IMG/VR virus record: IMGVR_UViG_3300042508_000910
DNA: 64,000 nt
Strand: one strand, 5' to 3'
Source of the DNA: a virus
Shown: positions 46,718 through 57,432 of the stretch, piece by piece
Layout: every line of letters starts with the position of its first letter
Numbering within the stretch: position 1 is the first letter of the stretch
Notes under the pieces: generated by a model
Database searches by the model: none
What the model saw: only the letters and a program-made list of their open reading frames with translations
What the model was told of the DNA's origin: nothing
Translations under genes and position numbers: made by a program

Positions 46718-47782
46718 TTATAGCTTTAAATTATCAAAATCATCGTCAGATATGTCTGTTTTTCTTGCGCCTATTTTATATGTTGAAATTTCTGTTTCTT
46801 GTGGTGCAACTTGAACTTTGCTACTGTCGAGATAGCTATCTAACCAGCCAGCGATAGGATTATCTTTTTGATTGAATATCTTTTTATATCCTAATGATCT
46901 CAAGCGAGCATCACAAAGCCATTTTGAATATCCACCTAGAACTTCAGCATTTAAACCTAATAGAGAGCCATTACTAAAAAGATATTCCGCCCATTCAATC
47001 TCATTCTTAGCGGCTTGTTCATAAAACGCATATATTTTATCTTCACTTTTTTTGACTATAGAAGTAAAACCTTCTTTATCTTCTTCCTTAAGAATCTTTA
47101 GAAGATTTTGAGTAGTAGCAAAATGTAAAGCTTCATCTCTTTGAATAAACTTGATGATTTTAGCATTTCCTTCCATTTTACCACGATATCCAAAATAGAA
47201 AGAGCAGGCGAATGAGACGTAAAATACAAGACCTTCCATTACATTAACAGAAAGAATACAATCAAATATCTTTTGTTTTAAGTCTTTCTTATCATCATCG
47301 CCAAGAATTTTATCAAAATTATTTCTAATTAACTCGGCACGAGATACGATTTCTTTATCTTCCATGATGCTATCGAAAAATTTACTAGCATCTGGATGTA
47401 CATTATTTAATAGATATGAATAAGAGTAACTGTGAATACCCTCAAATCTTTGCCAAGTATTCATACATATTTCAAGCTCTGGATTGCTTACATAATCTTT
47501 AAGAGAATGTATACTTCTCGAAAGCATGCTATCACCAAGAGTTTGGAATTTTAGATTAGTGTCAAATACAAATCTTTCTTGACCAGCAAGCTCTTTATAA
47601 TCGCTACGATCTTTATTAAGAGCGATTTCATGAGGCCACCAGAAAAATTCTTCTTGCTTCTTAAACAATTCAAAGAAAATAGGATATTTAAAACGATCAT
47701 ATCTTTGAAGATTAAGATCTTCTCCAAAGAATAGAGGTTGTTTTGTATAATCTATATTTTTTAAATTTAAAACACTTTTCAT
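46718..47782 (-). CDS. nrdB: Ribonucleotide reductase class Ia beta subunit
   Basis: WWPHEI, GDSML, EGIHSYSY, EGLVFYVSF, DEALH, VAPQETEI. Confidence 0.96.
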   Translation of the reverse strand: MKSVLNLKNIDYTKQPLFFGEDLNLQRYDRFKYPIFFELFKKQEEFFWWPHEIALNKDRSDYKELAGQERFVFDTNLKFQTLGDSMLSRSIHSLKDYVSNPELEICMNTWQRFEGIHSYSYSYLLNNVHPDASKFFDSIMEDKEIVSRAELIRNNFDKILGDDDKKDLKQKIFDCILSVNVMEGLVFYVSFACSFYFGYRGKMEGNAKIIKFIQRDEALHFATTQNLLKILKEEDKEGFTSIVKKSEDKIYAFYEQAAKNEIEWAEYLFSNGSLLGLNAEVLGGYSKWLCDARLRSLGYKKIFNQKDNPIAGWLDSYLDSSKVQVAPQETEISTYKIGARKTDISDDDFDNLKL

Positions 47783-47785
47783 AGG

Positions 47786-50047
47786 TTATAATTTACACGC
47801 TCCAGAAGAACAATCACGATCTTCTTTTTGATTCATTAATTGTTCTTTATCTCCATCATCAGTATTATTGTAATAAAGACTGATTAAGCCTAAAGAATAT
47901 GCAAGCATTATTTCTTTCATAACTTTTGCATCAGGAAGAACATTGTTTTCATAATGAGAATAGTTATAGTATACATTAGTTGATATGGCCATGTCAATGT
48001 ATTTTTGAATTATAGCGTTTACTTTTAGTAGACCAGAATTATCTTTAAAATCATAAGCTAATTCATAATTACCATCATACTTTCCTACTCCTGGAACTAA
48101 TACTGGAAGTTTACCCATTTTACTCATTTTATAAGTAATTAAACTACGAATAGGTTCAACTCCATTTGTTGAAGATTGAATTACGGAACTACTCTCACAA
48201 GGCATGCATGCAGAAAGAGTAGAATGTCTTAAACCAAATTCTTTTATTTCTTTTCTTAGTTTTTCCCAATCAAGAGACAATTTTCTTTTACATAATTCAT
48301 CTACTTTATCTTTGTAAGTATCAATAGGTAAAATGCCTTTTGAATATTTTGTCCTATCAAACTTCTCGCACTTACCCTTTTCTTTAGCAAGTTCTAGGCT
48401 TGACTTTAAAAGATAGTATTGAAAATGCTCCATCCACTCATCTAATACAGGCAAGCATTTATCTGAATTATATTTTAATTCACTCTTAGCGAAAAAAGCT
48501 GCAAGATTAGTTATTCCAACACCAAGACTACGACGTTTTTTAGCAAAATTTTCAGCAGCAATATTAAAGTAATCTTGAATTTCAATGATTTCATCAAGAA
48601 ATCTTACGATAAGATCGCAAGTCTTTTCAAGATCTTGCCAGTTTTTTATTTCTAACATATTCACTGCTGAAAGAATACACATTCCAATTTCGCCTTCTTT
48701 ATCATTATAATCATTTAGTGGAATAGTTGGATGTATAACTTCTGTACAAAGATTACTCATTGTAACTTTATCCAACCAAGCGCCATGATTGTTAGCATGG
48801 TCTACATTAAGAATATATATTCTACCAGTTTCAACTCGTTCTTTAATAATTAGAGAGAATAATTTACGAGCAGATACTTTCTTTTTAATTTTTAATTTTT
48901 TAGATTCACATTCTTTATATATCTTATCAAAATCTTTTGTACCCCAAGCTTCATATAATTCTGGTACTTCTGCTGTATTAAATAGAGTAATTTCTTCGTC
49001 CTTAAGAACTCTATCATAGAACAACTTACTCATTCCAACTGTATAGTCTAACTTTCTTACTCTATTATCATCTGTTCCAGCATTATTCTTTAATACTACA
49101 ATATCTTCTATTTCATAATGCCACCATTGTATATTGCATGTTGCACTTCCACCTCTTAACCCATTTTGTTGCCAAGCTTTTACGCTACTTTCATATATTT
49201 TTAGAAATGGAATTAAGCCAGTATGAACAACTTCACCATTCTTAATAGGCGATCCTATAGCTCTAACTTTTGAGACATCAATACCTATTCCACAACGATT
49301 TGCTGTAGCCATACTTACTGCAGTTGCACTAGCGGTAATACTTTCTTTACTATCATCAACACCAATTAAACAACAACTTGCGTAATTTTTAGTAGATGTC
49401 CTAACTCCTGCCATTACTGGAGTTGGTAAATTAATCTTGTGCTTGCTAATAGCATCATAAAATTTACGAACATAATTTAAACGTGTCTCTTTTGGATAAT
49501 TTATAAAAGCATAAGCAGCAATTAATACATAAGCAAATTGTGGAGTCTCATATATTAAACCGTTTGTTCTATTTTTTATTAAATATTTATCGCATAATTG
49601 TTTAATACCAGCATATGTAAAATTATAATCTCTATCGTGATCTATAAATTCGCCTATTTTATTTAGCTCATCTTCATCATACTTTTCTAATAGTATTGAA
49701 TCATAGATTTTATTTTTTATGTTATTTTGTATAAATTCTAAAAGTCTTGGAGCATGTTTACCTTTCCAAACTTCTTTTCTCAATTGATAATTTAAAAGAC
49801 GACTTGCAACATATTGGTAATTTGGACTAGATATTGATATTAAATTTGCTGCACTTTCTATTAGTAGTTTATGGATTTCTTTCGTTGTAATCCCTTCATG
49901 CATATTGATATTAGCATTGATTTCTATATCTGTTAGACTTACTCCAGAGTAACCATCTATTGCCCATTTGATTACTTTATTAATTTTTTCTATGTTAAAT
50001 TTTTCAGTTGATCCATTGCGTTTTTTGACGAGTAAGTTTTTATTCAT
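47786..50047 (-). CDS. nrdA: Ribonucleotide reductase class Ia alpha subunit with ATP cone
   Basis: VKKRNG ATP cone, PTPVMAG, ASCC, SNLCTE, MPCESSS, C-terminal CSSGACKL. Confidence 0.97.
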   Translation of the reverse strand: MNKNLLVKKRNGSTEKFNIEKINKVIKWAIDGYSGVSLTDIEINANINMHEGITTKEIHKLLIESAANLISISSPNYQYVASRLLNYQLRKEVWKGKHAPRLLEFIQNNIKNKIYDSILLEKYDEDELNKIGEFIDHDRDYNFTYAGIKQLCDKYLIKNRTNGLIYETPQFAYVLIAAYAFINYPKETRLNYVRKFYDAISKHKINLPTPVMAGVRTSTKNYASCCLIGVDDSKESITASATAVSMATANRCGIGIDVSKVRAIGSPIKNGEVVHTGLIPFLKIYESSVKAWQQNGLRGGSATCNIQWWHYEIEDIVVLKNNAGTDDNRVRKLDYTVGMSKLFYDRVLKDEEITLFNTAEVPELYEAWGTKDFDKIYKECESKKLKIKKKVSARKLFSLIIKERVETGRIYILNVDHANNHGAWLDKVTMSNLCTEVIHPTIPLNDYNDKEGEIGMCILSAVNMLEIKNWQDLEKTCDLIVRFLDEIIEIQDYFNIAAENFAKKRRSLGVGITNLAAFFAKSELKYNSDKCLPVLDEWMEHFQYYLLKSSLELAKEKGKCEKFDRTKYSKGILPIDTYKDKVDELCKRKLSLDWEKLRKEIKEFGLRHSTLSACMPCESSSVIQSSTNGVEPIRSLITYKMSKMGKLPVLVPGVGKYDGNYELAYDFKDNSGLLKVNAIIQKYIDMAISTNVYYNYSHYENNVLPDAKVMKEIMLAYSLGLISLYYNNTDDGDKEQLMNQKEDRDCSSGACKL

Positions 50048-50168
50048 ATAGAGAAGTAAAATCTATATTACATCTTTCTTTAAGAAAAGAAAAGAAAAAA
50101 AATAAAAGTTATAAACAAAAAAACTTTTTAATTTTTTATGTGTAGAATAAAAAGTGTAATATATAAAA

Positions 50169-50609
50169 ATGAATTCAGCAGAAAAAATCAATAAAATTTT
50201 AGATAGTAATAATATAGAATACAGAGATGTTGTTCATAAATTTATAAATATATATGAACACAATAAGAGTACAGCATATTTTTACATGGATGAATTTGGA
50301 TTAATAGGCGCTATAGATATAAATCATTATGAGTTATACGGTCTTCATAATTTTATTAATAATTTTCCAGAAATAAATAACGTTTCTACTCAGAATAAAG
50401 AATACATTGTTCACTGTATGATAAGTAAAAATAAAGAAGTTTTAGGGAATTTAATAAAAGGATTTGTAGAAAATAAAAAACCAAATAATATTTATTTTTT
50501 TAATATTAAATCAGGTACTTATAAAAAATGGTCTTCAGATTATCTAAATAAATTAATAAGTCTTTATGCAACAAAATCTACAAATAATTTAGATTCTACT
50601 ATTTCTTAA
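50169..50609 (+). CDS. Hypothetical protein
   Basis: 146 aa; GTGTAA at 50154-50159, 9 nt upstream. Confidence 0.55.
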   Translation: MNSAEKINKILDSNNIEYRDVVHKFINIYEHNKSTAYFYMDEFGLIGAIDINHYELYGLHNFINNFPEINNVSTQNKEYIVHCMISKNKEVLGNLIKGFVENKKPNNIYFFNIKSGTYKKWSSDYLNKLISLYATKSTNNLDSTIS

Positions 50610-52469
50610 TATACCAGCAATATAACTATCTACTTGATGATTAGAAGCGATTTCAAGAGTTTCTTTAATATTATCTTGATTCTTATCTACTGGACTCTCA
50701 ACATAACTAGAAGCAGTTTCAATCCATTGTTCAACATTTTCATTTGCGATAATCATCTTAGTGATATCATCAATAATAGATTTTTGCTGTTTATTTAGTC
50801 TTTTAATGTTAAACTTTTGTTTGACTAGATCTGATACATGTTCCTCTAGTTTAGAAGCAAGAGCGAAATTTTCAGATACTTTTTTAGCACTAAACTCGGC
50901 TCTAGATTGTTGACCAGTTCCAATTGGACTTACATTCTTTGTGGATTGAGGGGTACTAGAACCAGTTGGTCTTCCAGCTTGAGGTTGGCTACCACCAATT
51001 AGTGGTGTATAATAGCCTTGATCTCTTAATTCTTTATATTTAATTTGACTCTCTAATGAAGCTTCTGGATCTGGAAGGCGACCAGTTTCAATTGCTGTAA
51101 GACCCTCTTCTGGAGTAAGAACGCCAAGTTCAACAAGACGATTATAAACTCTAGCATATTGAATATCATCCTTAAGGTCAATATCTTCAAAATATGGAGT
51201 AGGATAATTTTTAAATCCTAAACTTTTACTTATCCTTACGATTTCTGGAAATAAAAATTCATTTATAAATGCTTCACGAGCTTGTTTTAGTCTTTCTATA
51301 AAGACTTGGACCTTAATACTCTGATTAGCAAATTTTTCATCACCAATAAGAATATTGTTTAGACCAATTTGAATATCGCGATCAATTACTTCATACTTTT
51401 TAGGGTCAAGAAGATCAGCGATTGCAGGAATAACAAACTCTGCTTTTGTTGTATAATCTGCAATTAATACTCTACCAACACTTTCATTTTGGAATAAAGT
51501 TTGCATTGCTTCAAGATTTTTTTGATTAACGCCACCTTTATCTGGATCTGTTCCCATTGTAACAAGAAGAATAGCTTGTTGAGTAGTTCTTGTAACTGCC
51601 ATATCCATTTTACGCATCTCTGCTTTAGCATTTATATCTTCAAGGACAGGATATCCCATTGGTACAGAAAATGGCTCGTAATCTTGCTTCTTATAAAAAA
51701 CTGCAACAAGTCTAGCTGTATCTAATGGCATTACTGCACTATTAGTTTTCTTTTTTATATTTTCTTTTACATCATCAGGAAGAGCATCATAAACTTCTTG
51801 ATCTTCTTGAGTTCTTGGATTCCTTAATCTTTCTAATTCATAATCGCTAAGAACTTTATAAAACTTATTAGAAACAAAACTTATATTCCCACCAATTTGG
51901 ATATCAGCAGGATTAATAATTATGTAACGAGCAGGAAGAATAACAGAAGCTGCTTTGCTTACTCCAAATGTCTGAGTAATTTTAATTAAATCATCTTCTT
52001 TAATATTAGTATCAAAACGATATATAAATACATTACCAGAGCGATAGTATTCACGGAAAAACTTATCTTGAAAACTCCAAAGATTAATTTTATCAAATAG
52101 TGCTTCAAAGAAGTCTCTGCTCTTTTGACTACCGCCCTTAAAGTAGATTTTACTAGAACTAAATTCAGTCATAAGATCAATTGTATTTCTGAATATAGCA
52201 AAATTATAATAGCATTTTTGACAAAGAATAACTGCATCTCTAACATCCATGTTAGATGCACTATAGATATTTGTTGTTGATCTATTAAATGGAATTAGTC
52301 CATTAGAGATATTAGCATATTTATCAGTACGCTCTATTGTTCCAGCTCTATTTCTGCGAGCTTTATCACTACTAGCCTTAATCTCTTTAAATCCAGAACC
52401 CGCCATAAGGGGTTCAGTACTAGTTGTAAAGTTAGTCAATTTTGGGTTATTTTCGTCTTTTTTAGCCAT
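50589..52469 (-). CDS. Portal protein
   Basis: Next to terminase; FRNTIDLMTEF, EYYRSGNVFIY, NPADI, GRVLIADYTTKAEF; size 626 aa. Confidence 0.75.
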   Translation of the reverse strand: MAKKDENNPKLTNFTTSTEPLMAGSGFKEIKASSDKARRNRAGTIERTDKYANISNGLIPFNRSTTNIYSASNMDVRDAVILCQKCYYNFAIFRNTIDLMTEFSSSKIYFKGGSQKSRDFFEALFDKINLWSFQDKFFREYYRSGNVFIYRFDTNIKEDDLIKITQTFGVSKAASVILPARYIIINPADIQIGGNISFVSNKFYKVLSDYELERLRNPRTQEDQEVYDALPDDVKENIKKKTNSAVMPLDTARLVAVFYKKQDYEPFSVPMGYPVLEDINAKAEMRKMDMAVTRTTQQAILLVTMGTDPDKGGVNQKNLEAMQTLFQNESVGRVLIADYTTKAEFVIPAIADLLDPKKYEVIDRDIQIGLNNILIGDEKFANQSIKVQVFIERLKQAREAFINEFLFPEIVRISKSLGFKNYPTPYFEDIDLKDDIQYARVYNRLVELGVLTPEEGLTAIETGRLPDPEASLESQIKYKELRDQGYYTPLIGGSQPQAGRPTGSSTPQSTKNVSPIGTGQQSRAEFSAKKVSENFALASKLEEHVSDLVKQKFNIKRLNKQQKSIIDDITKMIIANENVEQWIETASSYVESPVDKNQDNIKETLEIASNHQVDSYIAGILRNSRI

Positions 52470-52498
52470 TTTTAGTTATTTTTAAAAATTACACCTAT

Positions 52499-54331
52499 TT
52501 ATAACATTATAGGTCTAAATGTTTCATTTTCAACTTTATCTTGTACTTTAGCCATATCAAAGTAAATTTTACTTGCCCAATTTCCCAACATAAGAGCTGT
52601 ATATCTGTCTTTTCTAGCTCTTTGTGCGCTTGTATTTCTTTTAAGATGTTGAGGTAAATCAAATGATTGGATTCCACGACTTGTACTCCTTACTTCTATT
52701 AGACTACATTCCTTTTTAGTACCATATATCATATCGTCTTGGTTTTCCACAAAATCTATTAAATTATCAAATCCTGTACTTTTAATATCAAGATTAGATC
52801 CAGTTATTCTTCCAAAAGCTTCGCCATTAGCCGAGATACGACTTGCAAACCAGATTTTTTTATGATCAATAGAAGCTTGCAGATATTCATTGCCTCTTCT
52901 AATAAATTCGGTTGTAAACATTTGTTTAAAACAAATTCTTTTAGTTTCTTTATTATATTGTCTTTTTGCGTCTTTGATTGTTCTGTCATATTCACTACCT
53001 TCTGCATCTGAATTAACATCAAAAAATTTTAATTCAATTCCTGACTTTCTAAATAATTCGTTTTCATTTGCAGAATCTATGAATTGATATCCAGCGTTAT
53101 CAATGATAATCATATCAATATTAAAATTAGTTATTAGATAATGAAAATATAATATATGGTCTTTTAGATCTCCACCAGCTACAGCATAACTATGAACTAA
53201 TATTCCATCTTTTTTATCTTCATCTAATTCTATAATGCTCATAGCAAAATAATCTGAACTTGGACTATTACTAAAACTTGGATCAATAGCTAAAATATAT
53301 TTTTTATCCTTATCACCATAGATTTTTGAAGTAGGTGAATCACCATCTGGAATAGTACATTCATGCATTTTTTTAGCAGAGAAATAACTATCGCTACCAT
53401 CTGTAAATTGAGCGCAATACTCTCGCAAAAATCCGCTATGACTTAATCCTCCAGCTTGAGCTTCTTCGATAATAGTCTTGTCTACCATTTCTTCTGGTAA
53501 AGCTTCATATCCCATTTGACTAACAAAATATGTAGCATCTTTAACAGCTTCTTCAGAATATATGTTTGCAACCCATTCTTTATAAGTTTTATATAAATTC
53601 TCAAAAGTATAACTAGCAGAAGAAAGAGCAATCATTTTTGATTTATTAGGAAATACTGTTCGATCCTCTTCTTTCATAATTCCTTCTTGTATTAGCTTAT
53701 CTTCCATTTCTCTTATTTGAATACGTTCTTTCATATTCTGAGGAGCAACTAAGAATGGCATAAGAACATTTTTAATAATATCTTCTGGTATAAGAAGGAA
53801 CTCGTCAAGCACAAGAACATTAGCTCGAAAACCTCGAACTTTTTCACCATTGAGAGGGATAGCTACAATATTTCCGCCATTGATCTCCCATTCAAATAAA
53901 TCATTTCTTTTACTCTTTACTCCAAAAGCCTGCTGTAGTAATTGAGCTTCTTTACTATTAACAATCTTTTCTAAATTTGTAAAAATATTTCTTGCGGTTC
54001 TAAAGGTTGGTCCTGCTATAAGTATTTTAGAATTAGGCTCAAATATACATTGAAGAAAGCAATAGACACTAGCAATAAATGATTTAGAGCATCCTCGACC
54101 CCAAACGCACATATTAAAATTACGATTAAAGAATGCTTTTAAATTTACCTCTTGGTATGGTGCAAGTTTAATCCCACTGATAAGTTCTGTTGTTATACCA
54201 AGATTAGCTCTAAGAAATTTAGCAAGTGTTATCTTAGCTTCTTTATCAAGCATAGGTCCTTGTATTTCTAGTAGTTGTTTATTTATATCTACTAGATCTT
54301 TTTTAGTATATTTTTCTGGACAATGCCACAT
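52499..54331 (-). CDS. terL: Terminase large subunit
   Basis: LAPYQ, GRGCSKS, RGFRANVLVLDE, FLREYCAQF, AIDPS, KDRYTAL. Confidence 0.9.
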   Translation of the reverse strand: MWHCPEKYTKKDLVDINKQLLEIQGPMLDKEAKITLAKFLRANLGITTELISGIKLAPYQEVNLKAFFNRNFNMCVWGRGCSKSFIASVYCFLQCIFEPNSKILIAGPTFRTARNIFTNLEKIVNSKEAQLLQQAFGVKSKRNDLFEWEINGGNIVAIPLNGEKVRGFRANVLVLDEFLLIPEDIIKNVLMPFLVAPQNMKERIQIREMEDKLIQEGIMKEEDRTVFPNKSKMIALSSASYTFENLYKTYKEWVANIYSEEAVKDATYFVSQMGYEALPEEMVDKTIIEEAQAGGLSHSGFLREYCAQFTDGSDSYFSAKKMHECTIPDGDSPTSKIYGDKDKKYILAIDPSFSNSPSSDYFAMSIIELDEDKKDGILVHSYAVAGGDLKDHILYFHYLITNFNIDMIIIDNAGYQFIDSANENELFRKSGIELKFFDVNSDAEGSEYDRTIKDAKRQYNKETKRICFKQMFTTEFIRRGNEYLQASIDHKKIWFASRISANGEAFGRITGSNLDIKSTGFDNLIDFVENQDDMIYGTKKECSLIEVRSTSRGIQSFDLPQHLKRNTSAQRARKDRYTALMLGNWASKIYFDMAKVQDKVENETFRPIML

Positions 54332-54332
54332 A

Positions 54333-55274
54333 TTAAATGATACCTAAATCAACTAATAATTGCAAATCATATTTCTTATGAAAACAATTACCAGTTAATA
54401 TTTTAATTAATAATTCAGATGCTCTTTTTCTACCATCAGCAAATATAAATTGTATATTATCATACTTTTGATTTAGTTCTCTTACTCTATGAAAGATAAA
54501 TTCTGGAGTAGCTTTAATCTTCTTGGAAATATGAGGAAGATAATTAAAAGAAAGTGCATCAGTTATAGACTCCTCAATTAGTACTACTAGATAATAATTA
54601 GCGTTCTTAGCTCTTTCTATCTCATTATTAAATCGATCATATCCAGCACTCATAGTTCCTATAAAGTCTGATAAATTTTTTCTTTCAACTGCTGTAAAGC
54701 AACACTTCTCAAGATCATTTAATGTATAATCCCCAAAATCTAGTTTAGCTATTTGCTGTTGGTATTTAAATTTCAAAGGATTTTGCTCTCTTGTGTCCAC
54801 CATAATCTGATATCTTTCAGATTCTTCAAAATTTAGCTCTTCTCCAATATAGTTACTAAACTTATTCTTTAGTCCAATAGAATTACATATATCATAATAA
54901 TCTAATTTATATTTATTAAAAGTAATAATTGAAGGCATAATTAATGATCGAAGCTCAACTTGAGTTGGGGAATATATTAGAGATTTACGCTCTTTTCTTT
55001 TGATTAGTAATTCTGTTAGGAATTTTTTTAATTCGTCTTGACTGAGATTCTTAACATAAGCCTTTAAATTATTTTTATTATTAAAGTCATCTGTAAAATA
55101 TTGATCTTTATTCTTGAAATTAATCATCTCGCCAGATTGTAAATCGTATCTGGGATAATATTTTTGATAATACTCTGCTGTAGTAATTTTATGAGCTTTT
55201 AGATGCAGATGTAGAAATTTATCTGCTGCAAATATTTCGTTGCATATTTTACATTGAATTTGCATTTCATCCAT
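54333..55274 (-). CDS. C2H2 Zn finger plus ERCC4 (XPF/Mus81-type) nuclease
   Basis: CKIC...HLKAH; VDTREQ, GDY, VERKNLSDF. Confidence 0.85.
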   Translation of the reverse strand: MDEMQIQCKICNEIFAADKFLHLHLKAHKITTAEYYQKYYPRYDLQSGEMINFKNKDQYFTDDFNNKNNLKAYVKNLSQDELKKFLTELLIKRKERKSLIYSPTQVELRSLIMPSIITFNKYKLDYYDICNSIGLKNKFSNYIGEELNFEESERYQIMVDTREQNPLKFKYQQQIAKLDFGDYTLNDLEKCCFTAVERKNLSDFIGTMSAGYDRFNNEIERAKNANYYLVVLIEESITDALSFNYLPHISKKIKATPEFIFHRVRELNQKYDNIQFIFADGRKRASELLIKILTGNCFHKKYDLQLLVDLGII

Positions 55275-56346
55275 TCAAGATTTCGTCTTTAGAAATTCCC
55301 ATAATTCTAGCCTTAATTTCATCTATTGTAGATAGCCTTTCTACTTCTTTAGCTAGTAATTCTTTTCTCATTTCTGCAAGCCTTATCATTTCTTTTCGAC
55401 TTTCTTCTTCTTTCCAAATCTCAACTAGATTTAATATTGAAGCATTTTCTTTTACTTGCTTACTTAATCTTTCGCTTCTTTTTACTTTTAGATCACTTAA
55501 AAGTTTTTGTTGACGACCAACGCTTTGATTATATTCATTTCTAGCTGTACTGATAGCTTCCACAAGCGACATAGATATTTTTTCACCAGCCTCAACAGCA
55601 GCGTCTAATTGCATCTGTAATGCTTGAATTGTTCCTTGAATGTTTGAAGATATAACTACCTCTGTAGCTAAAACAATGTATTGATCTACTTCTTCTTGAG
55701 TCAGATCATTCTTATCATAAGTATATCTTACAAAACTACTTTCGAATAATTCTCTTTCGCTTTCATCTTGATATGTATTAATTTGATGAAGGAAACGATA
55801 AGTATGTAAATAACCAATTAAAGATTGTATATCCCTTTTTTGTTTTCCTGTTAGTTTATTTTCATCTATGCCTTCATGAACATATCTATTGATTCTAGCT
55901 AAACATCTATTTTGAGTTGTAGGTGGCTTGTAGTCTCCTTCTGGTATTTCATTTGGATTTGCATATACAAGTTTAGTATCTAAAGTCTTAATATATTCTG
56001 CAACGCTTCTTGTTTCTTGATTTAAATTAGTCAAATCATTATTTTTAAATATTATTTTAGCCATTTCAACAGCTGTCATTGTAGGACAATTATTGCTTAT
56101 ATATTCTTTTTGCTCATCTGTTAATTCGATTAAACCTTTAGCTTCATATTCATGACTCTTTTTAGGAACAATTTGTCTAGAAGCCAAATAATTTTTAATT
56201 AATTTACCCTGTTGACTTCTTCCATCAAAACCTTCTCCAAAAATTAATTTAGTTAATTCTGCAAGTGATGGAGGATTAGAAGGACGAGAATTCCATTCTT
56301 CAAGTATCTTCTTCTTATGGTCATCTGTTAGAATTATTTCATTCAT
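55267..56346 (-). CDS. Hypothetical helical protein, possible terminase small subunit
   Basis: HTH-like N-terminus, coiled-coil C-terminus, position upstream of terL. Confidence 0.35.
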   Translation of the reverse strand: MNEIILTDDHKKKILEEWNSRPSNPPSLAELTKLIFGEGFDGRSQQGKLIKNYLASRQIVPKKSHEYEAKGLIELTDEQKEYISNNCPTMTAVEMAKIIFKNNDLTNLNQETRSVAEYIKTLDTKLVYANPNEIPEGDYKPPTTQNRCLARINRYVHEGIDENKLTGKQKRDIQSLIGYLHTYRFLHQINTYQDESERELFESSFVRYTYDKNDLTQEEVDQYIVLATEVVISSNIQGTIQALQMQLDAAVEAGEKISMSLVEAISTARNEYNQSVGRQQKLLSDLKVKRSERLSKQVKENASILNLVEIWKEEESRKEMIRLAEMRKELLAKEVERLSTIDEIKARIMGISKDEILNG

Positions 56347-57020
56347 GATATATCAATCTCATCACTATAAATATATTTTTTAACTTTAATCATTATTGCT
56401 TTTTTAATATTTTGGACCTGCTTATATCCAGGAGCACGATTTTTTTCGTTTGTTCTATATCCCATACTAGAAGCCACTTGGTCTTCATCTTTATGCTCTA
56501 TATAAAGCATTTGATAAACTTTCCACTCAGTTGGTTTTAAAACTTGCTGCATCTTACGATGAATATTTTTTGCGCTTTCTTCTATATCTACTTTTCCATC
56601 TTGCATTTCATGTACTTCTTTTGTATGATTTTCTAAAGCAAGAGGCAGTTTAGTATCATGTGCATTCTTTTTATTCTTTTCCCAAGCCGCATAAAGAGGG
56701 CAAGCGTTACATTGTTTGCCATATATGTTGCAATGCTCATCATCTTCAGCAGCAGCACATTTTAAACATGGACGAGAATAATTACCATAGTTATTACGAA
56801 TGAGATTTTTAATTTGATTACTTACTATTCTGTTAATCCATGGAGCTAATGGCTGCTTTGGATCATACATATTCCATTTCTTATGGATATGTATTCTTAG
56901 TATTTGTGCAACATCATCAAAATCCATCCAAGCAAGCGAAGTCAAATTCCACTTATGCTTTCGCTTGTAGATTTCAATATTTATTTCGTTAAACTTATTT
57001 TCAAATGTTGGTTTTTTCAC
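56343..57020 (-). CDS. Sigma70/ECF-like phage sigma factor with Cys-rich insert
   Basis: MDFDDVAQ...YDP...WINRIVSNQIKN (region 2); LKPTEWKV...QVASSMG (region 4). Confidence 0.75.
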   Translation of the reverse strand: MKKPTFENKFNEINIEIYKRKHKWNLTSLAWMDFDDVAQILRIHIHKKWNMYDPKQPLAPWINRIVSNQIKNLIRNNYGNYSRPCLKCAAAEDDEHCNIYGKQCNACPLYAAWEKNKKNAHDTKLPLALENHTKEVHEMQDGKVDIEESAKNIHRKMQQVLKPTEWKVYQMLYIEHKDEDQVASSMGYRTNEKNRAPGYKQVQNIKKAIMIKVKKYIYSDEIDIS

Positions 57021-57400
57021 GCATCTTCTGGTTCTTCATCGTAACCATCATCAGAAGCTTGGTAATCTTGATTACCTCTGCGTAAAGTGCCTGCTTCTTT
57101 TTGAAATTGTTTTAAAAATTCTTCTTTTGATAAACCTTCTGTATTTCTTGGTTGTAAATTATTATCTTTTTCTCCACGGGCCAAATCTTTTAATTTTTGA
57201 CCCTTTGGTTTTTGTATTTCAATATCCCAATTTAAATTATTAACTCTAGGTCTGACTTCTTGAACAATCTCTATCTCTGGTTTAGCAACTGCTTGAACTT
57301 TACCAGAATTAATATTTGCTCCACATTTTTGACAAAAATTAGGTTTAATATCGCTATACTGAATAGGATTTCCACAATTGCTACAATAAATTTTTGGCAT
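57017..57400 (-). CDS. Zn-ribbon protein
   Basis: YCSNCG...FCQKCG. Confidence 0.7.
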   Translation of the reverse strand: MPKIYCSNCGNPIQYSDIKPNFCQKCGANINSGKVQAVAKPEIEIVQEVRPRVNNLNWDIEIQKPKGQKLKDLARGEKDNNLQPRNTEGLSKEEFLKQFQKEAGTLRRGNQDYQASDDGYDEEPEDA

Positions 57401-57432
57401 ATTCTATATTATATATCTATAGATTATTTTTT

